Assembly (NCBI RefSeq): GCF_009914755.1
Contig: NC_060932.1
Source of the DNA: the human T2T-CHM13v2.0 reference genome, Homo sapiens
Reading direction: 5' to 3' (one strand)
Length of the DNA stretch: 64,000 nt
Shown here: in pieces, positions 1 through 12,052 of the stretch
Layout: every line of letters starts with the position of its first letter
Position numbering within the stretch: the stretch's first letter is position 1
Notes under the pieces: generated by a model
What the model saw: only the letters and a program-made list of their open reading frames with translations
The model's database searches: none
Told to the model about the DNA's origin: nothing
Translations under genes and position numbers: made by a program

Positions 1-2245
1 TAAATAAATTTAATCACAGAGGTGAAAGACCTCTATAAGGAAAACTAAAAAACACTGATGAAGTAAATTGGATAAAGGATACAAATGGAAAGACATTGCA
101 TGCTCATGGATGGGAAGAATTAATATTCTTAAAATGACAATACTATCCAATGCAATCAACAGAGTCAATGAAGAAAAAAATCTAAAATTTGTAATCTAGC
201 CATAAAACAACCTCTAATAGCCAAAGCAATCCTGAACAAAAAGAACAAAGCTGGAGGCACTGCACTACCAGACCTCAAAATATACTGCAAAAATATAGTA
301 ACCAAAAGAGCATGAACTAGCATGAAAACAGATACATAGACCAATTTAACAGAATGGAGAACTCAGGAATTAATCAATGTATCTACAGCCAACTAATTTT
401 TGACAAAGGTGCCAAGAATACTCATTGGGGAAAGGACAGTCTCTTTAATAAATGGTGCTGATAAACATGGATATTCATATGCAGAGAGTGAAACTAGACA
501 CCCACCTCTCACCTTATAGGAAAATCAAAATGGATCAAAGATCTAAATATAAGACTCAAAGCTACAAAACTACTAGAAGAAAACATGAGGGTTACACTTT
601 AGGACATTGACCTGCAAAAAGATTTTATGAATAAGACCTCAAAAGCACAGGCAACAAGACAAAAATAGATGGAATTATAGCAAACTACAAAGATTCTGCA
701 CAACAAAGGAAACAATCAACAGAGTGAAAGGACAAGCTACATACAGAGTGGGAGAAAAGATTAACCAACTACTCACATGACAGGGGATTAATACCCAGAA
801 CATATAAGGAACTCACACATCTCAACAGTAAGCAAAACAAATAAGTTGATTTAAAAATGATCAAATGGTCTGAACAGATATTTCTCAAAAGAAGACATCC
901 AATGGCCAACAGATATATGAAAAAATGCTCAACATTGTTAATTATCAGGGAAAGGCAAATTGAAATCACAATGAGGTATCTTCTCATCTTAGTTACCATG
1001 GCTATTATCCAAAAGATAAAAATTAACAAATGCTGGTGAGAATGTGGAGAAAAGGGAACACTTATACACCCTTGGTGAGAATGTAAAATAGCATAATACA
1101 ACCATTATGGAGAGCAATATGGAGGTTCCTCAAAAAAACTACAAATAGAACTACCATATGGTCTAGCAGTCCTACTACCAGGCTGATATGGTTGGGATCT
1201 GTGTCCCTGCCCAAATCTCATATTGAATTTTAATCCCCAGTCTTGGAGGTGGGGCCTGGTGGGAGGTGATTAGATCATTAAAGTGGATCCTTCATGAATG
1301 GTTTAGCACCATCCTCTTGGTGCTATTCTTGTGACAGTGAATTCTAATGAGATCTGGTCTTTTAAAAGTGTGTGGAAACTCCCCTCCCCTCACTCCTGAT
1401 TACACCATGTGAGATGCCTCACTTCTTCCTCGCCATGCACCATGATTGTAAGCTTCTTGAGGTCTCCACAAAAGCAGAAGCTGTCATGATTCCTCTACAG
1501 CCTATGGAACGTGAACCACTTAAACCTCTTTTCTTTATAAATTACCCAGTATCAAGTATTTATAACTATGTGAGCATGGACTAATACACAGGCATTTATC
1601 CAAATGAAAGGAAATCATTATATTGAGGAGACATCTGCATGCCCATGTATATTGCGGCACTGTTCACAATAGCCAAGATCTTAAATCAACCTAGTTGTCT
1701 AACAATAGATGAATGGATTTTTAAAAGGTGGTATATATGCAAAATGGAACACTATTCATCCATAAAATAATGAAATCCTGTAATTCATGTCAACATTATG
1801 GAACTGGAGGACATTATGTTAAGTGAAATGAGCCAGAAACAAAGGAATACTGCATGGTCTCACTCATATATGCAATCTAACAAAAGATCTCATAGAAGTA
1901 GAAAGTAGAACAGAGGATATGTGGGAAGGTTAAGAAGAGAGTAGGTAGAGAGACATTTGTTAAAGAATACAAAATTACAGCTAGATAGGAGGAATAAGTT
2001 CTAGTGTTCTATACCATTGTAGGATTAGTATAGTTAACAATAACATCTATAGCTTTAAATAGCTAGGAGGATATTGAATGCACCCAACACAAGAAATGAT
2101 AAATGTTTGAGATGATGGATATGCTAATTACTCTGTTTTGATCACTCTATATATTATATGTATTGAAACATTGCTAAGTACCCAATGAATATGTAAAATT
2201 ATCCTCAATTTAAAATATTAAATTAAATTAATTATTAAAAAACAA
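1..2245 (+). mobile_element. Old LINE-1 (L1MA-like) 3' part: decayed ORF2 C-terminus and 3'UTR, interrupted by an MST LTR
   Basis: ORF2-like remnants (857-1039 ...RYMKKCSTLLIIRERQIEITMRY...KCW, matching L1 ORF2 [22 protein letters not shown]); L1MA-type 3'UTR (aaaattacagctagataggaggaataagttctagtgttc); A-rich end near 2240. Confidence 0.9.
1184..1588 (+). mobile_element. Solo MaLR LTR, MSTA/MSTB-like
   Basis: Begins tgatatggttgggatctgtgtccc, ends ggactaataca; 5-bp TSD CAGGC at 1179-1183 and 1589-1593. Confidence 0.92.
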
Positions 2246-2249
2246 ATAA

Positions 2250-3125
2250 TGTTAGACTTACAGAAAAGTTATAGGAAAGGGGAATATAAGGTAAGGAGTA
2301 CAAAGTTTCAATTACACAAGGTAATTAAGTTCTGGTGATCTATTATACAGCATGGTATATCTGTTGATATCTATTGATAACTTAGTGTATACTTAAAATT
2401 TGCTAAGAAGGTATATCTTAAGTTTCTTATGCATGCACAAAAATAACAATAATAATAATAAATGAGGTAGAAGGGAACTTTGAGAGATGACGGTCATGTT
2501 TATGGCCTTAATTGTGGTGATTGTTTCATGGGTATATACCTATCCCCAAATTAATCAAGGTGTATATATTATTTTTTTAAATAAAAGACAACTAACAAAA
2601 AATAATACAGTGAGTTCCCATATATCCTATTCTTTCCCCAATATTAACATCTTATGCAAAGACAGTAAAATTGTGGAAACCAAAACATTTATATAGATAT
2701 AAGACTTTTAACCAATCTACAGACATTCGTTGAATTTTGATGGTTTTCCAATAATGTCCAATAATGTCCTTTTTCTAGTCTATGATTCAAGCCAGGATTA
2801 CTAATTGTATTATACTGTCAAATTTTTAATATCTTTTGATATATGAAATGTCATCTATCCCTCTTCTTCCATGACCTTCACACTTTTGAAATGATGAAGC
2901 CAGTTTTTTTTTTAGATTGTCCCTCAATTAGTGTTTGTATGATGTGGTCTCATGATTAGATTGAAGCTATGTGTTTTTACCTGATGGTGTGCTTTTCTCA
3001 GTGCATCATATCACAGTCACCTGGTGTAGACATTAATATTTGTAATATTAATTTTGCTGATCAAATTTCTAATGTGGTATCTGCCATGCTCCTCCACTGT
3101 AAAGTTACCATTTTCTCTTTATAGT
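2250..3125. mobile_element. Fragments of old L1M 3' ends (plus strand ~2250-2575, minus strand ~2590-3125)
   Basis: Motifs typical of L1MA/MC 3'UTRs (taagttctggtgatctattatacagcatgg; gtggtgattgtttcatgggtatatac; ctccactgtaaagttacc). Confidence 0.55.
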
Positions 3126-3228
3126 TCTCTTCCAAAATCCTTCCTGATGTGTTTCGCCATTAATATCGCCCTGTCCTTCTTCCCCTGACACAACCACCAC
3201 CTTCATTATTTACACATTTCTTGACAGG

Positions 3229-3529
3229 TTTTTTTTTTTTTTTTTTTGAGACGGAGTCTTGCTCTGTCGCCCAGCTGGAGTGCAGTGGCGCGCGATCTCG
3301 GCTCACTGCAAGCTCTGCCTCTCTGGTTCACTTCATTCTCCTGCCTCAGCCTCCCCAGTAGCTGGGACTACAGGTGCCTGCCACCACACCCAACTAATTT
3401 TTTGTATTTTTAGTAGACAGAGGGTTTCACCGTGTTATCCAGGATGGTCTTGATCTCCTGACCTCATGATCCGCCCGCCTCGGCCTCCCAAAGTGCTGGG
3501 ATTACAGTCGTGAGCCACCGCGTCTGGCC
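3229..3529 (-). mobile_element. Alu (AluY/Sc-like), full length
   Basis: T19 tail, gagacggagtcttgctctgtcgcc...cactgcaagctc, ends cgtctggcc; partial TSD ttgacag on both sides. Confidence 0.95.
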
Positions 3530-3899
3530 TTTTTGACAGTTTTATTAGGTTTTTTAAATAAAGAAAGGTAAATGTGGGCTGAAAGAGCCATCCATGAGCA
3601 TTAATTGGGTGTGTTATAAACCAGGCACAGAAGTAGGTAAGAAACACAGGCTCTCAAGACTTATAGGGAACATAAACTTCTAAAGAAATACAATAAATAT
3701 AGGGTTATGCTTAGTTTATTCAAATCTCAATACTATTTTGAGGAAACTATTTTTACATATTAAGTGAAGATTAAAGATTTTGTTTCACATTTAGTAAATA
3801 TTTATTGTTGATAACTAATTTTTCTTAAATCACATATATCAAGAAATATATTCATTCAAAAAGTTTTTACTGCCTCCTGTGCCTAGCACAGAGCTGAGC

Positions 3900-4213
3900 A
3901 CTGAGTCTCATCTGATCCTCTGAGTTATCTCCCCATCTGACATGTTTGTTGGCAGAATGCATTACCCTGCAGCTATATAACTCATGGAGGCTTCATCTTC
4001 AAAGAGCAGTAAAAACTCACATGATTAGATGAGTTTTAAAAGCTTACCTAGAATAACCTCTCTTTTGATTAACTTAAACTAAACTGTTTAGTCACCTAAT
4101 CCAGGGAGAATTATCACATTATATTTACTGGCTCGCCCACACTCAAAGGAAATAAATACATAGGTTGTACACATGGGAATCTGGGGAGCCATCTTGGAAT
4201 TGTATCTACCACA
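3900..4213 (-). mobile_element. MaLR LTR fragment (MLT1E/F/G-like)
   Basis: Reverse complement starts tgtggtagatacaattccaagatggctcc, resembling the MLT1 5' end; left boundary approximate. Confidence 0.6.
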
Positions 4214-4260
4214 TATCACATAATGGATACTTTTATTTTTACTCACAAGTCCTATAAAAT

Positions 4261-4856
4261 TGAAAGGTAAAGCTGGCTGGGCTTCTGGTTTGGGTTGGGA
4301 CTTGGAGAACTTTTCTGTCTAGCTAAAGGATTGTAAACACACCAATCAGCACTCTGTGTCTAGCTAAAGGTTTGTAAATGAACCAATCAGCTCTCTGTAA
4401 AAACGGACCAATTGGCACTCTGTAAAATGGACCAATCAGCGCTCTGTAAAATAGACCAATCAGCAGGACGTGGGCAGGACCAAATAAGGGAATAAAAGCT
4501 GGCCACCCAAGCCAGCAGCCGCAATCTGTTCAGGTTGCCTTCCCAGTTGTGGGAGCTTTGTTCTTTCACTGTTAACAATAACTCTTGGTGCTGCTCACTC
4601 TTTGGGTCCATACTATTATGAGCTGTAACACGCACTGCGGAGGTCTGCAGCTTCACTCCTGAAGTCAGGGAGATGAAGTGAGGGAGACCACGAACCCATC
4701 GGAAGGAAAAAACTCTGCACACATCTGAATATCTGAAGGAACAAACTCTGGACGCACCATCTTTAAGAACTGCAACACTCACTGTGAGGGTCACTGGCTT
4801 CATTCTTGAAGTCAGCGAGACCAAGGACCCACCAGAAGGCATGAGTTTCGAACACA
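4261..4856 (+). mobile_element. Solo ERV9 LTR, short LTR12 (LTR12/LTR12F-like)
   Basis: TG...CA termini (tgaaaggtaaag...gaacaca); 4-bp TSD AAAT at 4257-4260 and 4857-4860; five CCAAT boxes (accaatcagc repeats) at 4341-4463; gaataaaagc TATA-like box; U5 gagctgtaacac repeats. Confidence 0.93.
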
Positions 4857-5235
4857 AAATCGGATATTGCCTGCCTTCAATATTGGAGGAGAAGATAGCA
4901 AACTGATCCAAAGTGTGAACATTTATCTGTAAAGTTGATTATCTGCAATAACATTTTCCTTGGTGTTCTCAGAAAACTCATTTTAAAATAATTTTCAACA
5001 TACTGAAAGTTGTATAAATTAAGATAGTAGAATTAAGAGTCCAAAATTATGTAAGTGTTAAGGAATTACAGAAGTGAATATAAAACCTTTGAACTATTTC
5101 AGTTCGTTTTAATAACATGATTAACTAGGACTTGGCATTATTTTAGAGCAAACTTCCATACACTTTGCTTTCTATTCACAATGTATTTGCAAGAAAAGTT
5201 AAAAAAAATTCTATGATTTTTACTATACCTCTCAG

Positions 5236-5384
5236 TCCATCAAGAACAAAGATATATCAGAGAAGATCAGATGTTTGGCCGGGGTCTAGTGGGTTTATTA
5301 GTAGTTGGTAATACTATTTGGTTTATTTCTGAGTTGAATTCAGACAAAATATTGCTCTTCCAAAGTGAACAGAATTGGTCAGCA
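5236..5384 (+). other. Candidate cryptic/lncRNA exon (149 nt)
   Basis: Acceptor tttttactatacctctcag| and donor GCA|gtaagt; one open frame throughout; non-repeat sequence; no transcript evidence available. Confidence 0.3.
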
Positions 5385-7971
5385 GTAAGTTAGTTGCTAT
5401 TTTTTTTTTTTTTGGAGTGAGTTTGGCTGTGTGTGTGTGTGTATTTCATTGTACACTTTAGTCTAAAATTTTTATCTCCATCTATTGCCTAATTGTCAAA
5501 ACTTTGGCCGTGTTTCATTATCACATTTACAACATTTTCATTTAGCTACACAATGCCTTTGCAGTTATCATTTTATTATAACTGTTGTAAAAGCCATTTG
5601 GAATGTAGGTTAAAAACCAAATAGTGAAACATGCAACGTTAACTTTTGTTGGTGCTGTGGATATACTTTATAAAATAATAGATGAAGTCCAGATGTTAAA
5701 TTTGGCACTTCTCTGCTTGATTGCTGTTTGCTACTACAGACCTACACATATTTTTCCTTTTTTGTGTGTCTTCAGGACAAGCCCTTAGTAAATTGTAAGA
5801 ATTGTAAAGGAAAGGGACAGAGAAAGGAATGAACAAAGGATAAATGAATCAACTCATGTCACTTGATCTTTCTTATTAATGATACTTTAACAAATTCAAC
5901 TTCTCCTTGTTATATTTAAAATCATTTAAAATACCAATATTAAATTTGAAAATTAATGCTTGCAATAATGACTTATGAAGGGAAACATAGGACTTCTGAG
6001 ACGAAAACTCATTGGAAAAACCACACTGTTTACCTGAATAATCACAATAGTCAAGATAAAAAACTTTAGGTAAAAGAGTCCAGAGAAGAAGCTCATGATT
6101 CAAGTATATGGAAATATTAGTGTCACTGCTGATGAAGTTTGTGGTGATATTGGCATTCAGTCATTTTAGTTAGCATGCTTTCCAACCAATATTTGGAAAT
6201 TTGAAAAACCCAGAAGTTATTGAGCAAAATAATCCCTAGTATAATATAGTTTTGAGTTAATTGTAATAGGCTATATAAACATCTGAAATCTCTTAAGTAT
6301 TTTCTTCAATCAGTTTTGTGTTTGGAGAAATGAGGATAAAAATATATAGCCTAGTGTTTTCAAATGTTCTTTGTAAAATAATTTCATGATGTGGTAAAGC
6401 TTATTTTCTTAATTTAGAAGAAAATTACACAATTACATCTGCAATCTCATAATAATCATGAGATAACTAGTCCATCCAGCTTAGTCATTCACATAGGGCA
6501 GACAGAAATTCATTACTTTTAAAAATTAGTTGCAATCAAGACCTTTATTGAATAGACATTAACAAGATCTTTGAAACTGCAAAGTGAAAATGTGATAATC
6601 TGATATGTTTCAGAAAATGCTATTAAATACCATTTAGGGTTTCAGATATCCTAAATTATAGACCTATTATTTTTCACATTGATTTTTATCTTTTAATTTC
6701 TTACTTATCTCTGCAAGATGTTCTTTAATATCTCATAGGGGGAGAAAAACAAACAAACAAACAAAAAACACCACAAAAACCTCTAATTCTAGCAGACACT
6801 GTGGTCTCTATTGGAATCAAAGAAGTTTCATTGCATGTTATATACATAAACAGATATAGCTCAACTCCTTACAAAATAGAATTCCTTTAAAAAAAGGGGA
6901 GGCATGTCAAAGAAAAAGTAATATTCCCATGTAATAAGTGTGCTTTTCATTCTGACATAGTTTGATATTTTGTTAAACAATAGAATTAGAGAAAATTATA
7001 TTTTAAGATAAATCTTTGAAAATACTAACCATAATTATTTAATTTCTGGATATATCCTTTTTTTGAAAATTGTACAGCACATTTAATTAGATTTAAACTA
7101 TTTTTTCTATTGATTACTACTTGAATGCAATAGAAATTATAGCAATTTAGATACCATTTTCAACTTCTTAAAAAGGAGCAATGCATTTCTCTGCATTGTA
7201 TTTGTCCAACATCTTAAGCTAATTTTGCAGTTTCTTTAGGCTTAATTTCTTCTCTCAGGTTTTATTTTTTTAATTTTTTTCTCACAGACTAATGGAATAA
7301 TACCACACACATTTATAGGCATATAAAATGGAAGCTACTCTGAGTAATTCATAATGTCTGGTAAAACCTCTCTGGTTGAACTCTCTCTGGAAGTTTTCAT
7401 AACCTGAATTTCACCAAGACTTTAAGAAATTTTCCTACAAGATGTATATTTATTTCTCATAAATATATTAAGAAATACTCTTATTTTAACTAAATTATTA
7501 GCAGACTAGAGATGACTTTTCTATTTAATTTTTCAATCTGAAACAAAAAGCTAAATGACAACAATTAATCAAAAGGAAAATATATCTGGACAGTACACAT
7601 AAAATTTCTTTTCATTTAAGATACTATATAGCTGAAAATTAAAAACGTAATTAATGCGTAAACCCTATTAGAGTCGTTGCTTTCAGAAACAACTAACAAA
7701 CTGTTTTCAGGAATTTTGCTAGCCTCGCCCTATTCCACTAAATATTACTACATGGTCTTCTGACTGGAGTACTTGTACCCTGGAGGGTAGTTGAAGAATC
7801 TCAAAGGTATTTTTGGGTTCCTGATGTTTTTCAAGTAATCAGTGCCCATATCATTAACTTCTGTATGAACTCTTCCTATAATTGATCTGTCTCAGACTGT
7901 GCCTTTGAGGCACTCTATACATTCTGCTTTTCCATCTTTCATTTTCTCCTTCTCAGTTTAAAAAAATAAAG

Positions 7972-8025
7972 GCCTGGGCAAGAAGAGCAAATCTCTGTCT
8001 CAAAATAAATAAATACATAAATATA
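7972..8025 (+). mobile_element. Alu 3' tail fragment
   Basis: gcctgggcaagaagagcaaatctctgtctc followed by (AAAT)n tail. Confidence 0.75.
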
Positions 8026-8149
8026 AAGGTGTGACCTTCACTAATCCTTAATCTTGGCATCATGCATTGCCCCAGAATGCAAAAAACCCTTGTGGGGACC
8101 AAGAAGACAATGCTTGTTCTGGAGGACCCTTTTTAATGACTGACCAAAG

Positions 8150-8375
8150 GCAGCAGAGGGCACTGTGATTAACACTGCAACCTGGAGCCAGATGGCCTGG
8201 CTGGAAATCTCTGCCTGGGCATGATGCATAGCATGAGTTGAGCCATTCAACTTTGCCACACCTTAATTTGATCATCTTTAAAATAGGGATAGCAGAAATA
8301 TTTACTTCATAGGACTGATACAGAGATTAAAATTTTGAATAATGTTAAAAATGCTTAAAACAACGCTCTGCTTAA
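8150..8375 (+). mobile_element. MIR SINE
   Basis: ctggagccagatggcctgg...catctttaaaatagggata...acttcatagg...aatgcttaaaaca follows the MIR consensus order. Confidence 0.75.
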
Positions 8376-10315
8376 ATATACTGATTGGTTTGACAGCATG
8401 TAATTCATTTATGTGCTAAATACAGAAAAATCATTCACAATGTATGACATTTTTGGAATTATGTCCAACTTTTACCAATAATTCTTACTAAAAATTACTA
8501 AAGTTTTAAATCAGTTTGACACTGCCCTCATTTGTGATTAATGAAGGAAAATCCCCTTTTTCTCATAATTCTCACTTAATATATAATAATTTTAGCTGTA
8601 TATTATGTTGCATTGATTTAAATGAAGTGGATAGGGTCATTATATTGACTATTTTGTTCTTTTTTATTTGTCATTAGATGAATAAATCATCATATGGTTG
8701 AGTTAAACACGAAGACTTCTGTTTTCTATCAGTTTTTCTGGCATTATTATTAATAATGTCTTCTTAAAATTCTAGTTTGGATAATTATATGGTCAATCTA
8801 AATTTTTATCATCTCATCTTGGCTTGACTGCTTTTAATAATATGTCTCAAAAACTCGCTATAATTTGGTTTTCAATGCATTTTATAATATTCCTCAGAAT
8901 AAATTTTGATATAGCTATTTAAACTTAAAACTGGTGTCAGAGTTTTTCTAGCAGAGTAAGATTGGTTTGACAACAAGGACTGGCTTTGAAAATTAGTTTA
9001 TGTGATTGGCATTTTTCATAAGCAAAATGGGCTAAATGTGTCTTTCTAAATATTTGACTGACGTGTTTTTAATAAAACGCATTTATGTAAAAACTTGCAT
9101 CAGCAAATTTTTGTTGAATTAATATTTCAATGTTGCTATTTAATGGATTAAACAGGTTGTTTCTTAAATAAGATAGTAACAGGTAGATAATTATGGCCAT
9201 TAGAAAAGGCACAACGAATTCTGTGACATGCTTTTCAGGAACTGAGAGAGAAAATGACTCCATGAATAAGTCCCTTGGCAGTTCTCCTGCTTTTTGCATT
9301 AAAATAAATTGGCTTGAGTCAAGTTACATGTTGATATTATTTAAAAATAAAAAGTATTCTCTTCTCCTTGATGTCTTTCCTTGTAGTTTTCTGTGACTCT
9401 TCTGACCATTAGTGTGGTAACACTGAGAAGGCCAACATTAGTAATATGGTACTAAGAGAAAAAAGTCAATATTTAGGTTTGATTTCAGTCCACACAGGAA
9501 AAGGAGTATTTGAGATTCATATGTGGCATGTCCTAGGTAACCATGGTAAAGTTGCAAGCATGAACCAGAATTCATTTTATCAATCTTGATCAACATATAC
9601 AGTAGCAAAACCATGGTATCAGTTAAAAAACTAAAATTTGAAATCTTGGTAATACAGTATTTTCGCCTAATGGTCAGGTTCAAATTTTGGTCATATTGAC
9701 AATTTGTCTTAAGTGGAAAGTAGATAAATATTCTCTAAATTAAGGAAGCTGATAACTTTAAAGTCAATTTTAAATTGATCACTAGCATGAATATTAAAAT
9801 CAGTGATGATCAAAGAATATGGGACATGTATAAAACTGCCAAAATACAAAGATATTCAAAATTTAAGAAAGCCCAAATATCTCTCTGGGACTAAAACATA
9901 AAACTAAATTAAAATTTCATTCTAAAAATGGAAAAGCACTAGTTTGTAAGTTTCCTTAACTATAAAATAGCATGATGGCATGTTTTACAATATATTTTTA
10001 TATCAATAAATTTGAACTAATAAGATGTTCTGGCTTTGTTTATAACATCTACCTCATTTCCTCATTAATAAGAAGTTAATTAAATATTCCACAGGTTTTT
10101 TTATCCACGTGAGTCACAATTTTACTCATAAAAACTTTTACTCATTAGAAAAGCTGTAAGAAAGTATCATATAATAATTTTATATAATTTTATGACTTTT
10201 ACCTGTTTGGAGGTCTTCCAACAAGATGCCCAATGAATTCACCTGAGAGAGATGGTGGACTTTTTTTCCAGAGCAGTGCTGTTTATTTGAGCTTTTAAGC
10301 CTAGTTGTGTCATTT

Positions 10316-11609
10316 TGAGAGGTGACAGCGTGCTGGCAGTCCTCAGAGCCCTCGCTTGCTCGCGGCACCTCCCCTGCCTGGGCTCCCACTTTGGTGGCAT
10401 TTGAGGAGCCCTTCAGTCCCCCACTGCACTGTGGGAGCCCTTTCTGGGCTGGCCAAGGCCGGAGCCCACTCCCTCAGCTTGCAGGGAGGTGTGGAGGGAG
10501 AGACACGAGCGGGAACCGGAGCTGTGTGCGGCACTTGCGGGCCAGCTGGAGTTCTGGGTGGGCGTGGGCTTGGTGGGCCCCGCACTCGGAGCAGCCAGCC
10601 AGCCAGCCCTGCTGGCCCCGGGCAGTGGGGGACTTAGCACCCGGGCCAGTGGCTGCGGAGGGTGTACTGAGTCCCCCAGCAGTGCTGGCCCACCGGCGCT
10701 GCGCTCGATTTCTCGCCGGGCCTTGGCTGCCTTCCCACGGGGCAGGGCTCGGGACCTGCAGCCCGCCATGCCTGAGCCTCCCACCCACCCACTCCATGGG
10801 CTCCTGTGCGGCCCGAGCCTCCCCGACGAGCGCCACCCCCTGCTCCACGGCGCCCAGTCCCATCGACCACCCAAGGACTGAGGAATGCGAGCGCATGGCG
10901 CAGGACTGGCAGGCAGCTCCACCTGCAGCCCCGGTGTGGGATCCACTAGGTGAAGCCAGCTGGTCTCCTGAGTCTGGTGGGGACGTGGAGAGTCTTTATA
11001 TCTAGCTCAGGAATTGTAAATACACCAATCAGCACCCTGTGCTTAGCTCAAGGTTTGTGAGTGCACCAATCGACACTCTGTATCTAGCTGCTCTGGTGGG
11101 GCCTTGGAGAACCTGTGTGTGGAAACTCTGTATCTAACTAATCTGATGGGGAGGTGGAGAACCTTTGTATGTAGCTCAGGGATTGTAAAGGGCACCAATC
11201 GGCGCCCTGACAAAACAGACCACGCCGCTCTACCAATCAGCAGGATGTGGGTGAGGCCAGATAAGAGAATAAAAGCAGGCTGCCTGGGCCAGCATTGGCA
11301 ACCCGCTCGGGTCCCCTTCCACATCGTGGAAGCTTTGTTCTTTCGCTCTTTGCAATAAATCTTGCTACTGCTCACTCTTTGGGTCCACGCTGCTTTTATG
11401 AGCTGTAACACTCACCGCGAAGATCTGCAGCTTCACTCCCGAGCCAGCGAGACCACGAACCCACCAGAAGGAAGAAACTCCGAACACATCTGAACATCAG
11501 AAGGGCAGACTCCAGACACGCCACCTTAAGAGCTGTAACACTCACCGTGAGGGTCCACGGCTTCATTCTTGAAGTCAGTGAGACCAAGAACCCACCAATT
11601 CCGGACACA
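10316..11609 (+). mobile_element. Solo LTR12C (ERV9), CpG-rich
   Basis: Starts tgagaggtgacagcgtgctggcagtcctc, ends ccaattccggacaca; 4-bp TSD ATTT at 10312-10315 and 11610-11613; CCAAT boxes ~11026-11237; gaataaaagc ~11268. Confidence 0.97.
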
Positions 11610-11769
11610 ATTTCTTGGCTCTCAGTGGTAAGCCCCACATGGAAATATAATCTACTTTTTTCTAATTTCAGTTTTCTTTCCTATAATATATTTTGGTTTT
11701 GGTTTATTAACTTACATTTGTTAAGCTATTCCCCATTGGTGGCAGCAATGATTGAAATCTGATTTTAAC

Positions 11770-12052
<283 letters not shown>

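Noticed and set aside
4341-4463. Regularly spaced accaatcagc repeats resembling a CRISPR array
   Set aside because: Normal LTR12 U3 enhancer repeats; the spacers are similar to one another and the DNA is eukaryotic
4387-4911. 174-aa minus-strand ORF
   Set aside because: Antisense reading of LTR12; the repeated ADWSILQS simply reflects the CCAAT tandem repeats
4261-11609. Two co-oriented LTR12s as the ends of one ERV9 provirus
   Set aside because: Each has its own TSD (AAAT, ATTT), they differ in subtype and length, and the DNA between them has no gag/pol and contains a MIR
10322-11762. Cluster of overlapping ORFs up to 227 aa on both strands
   Set aside because: All lie in GC-rich LTR12C, where stop codons are scarce; no protein motifs
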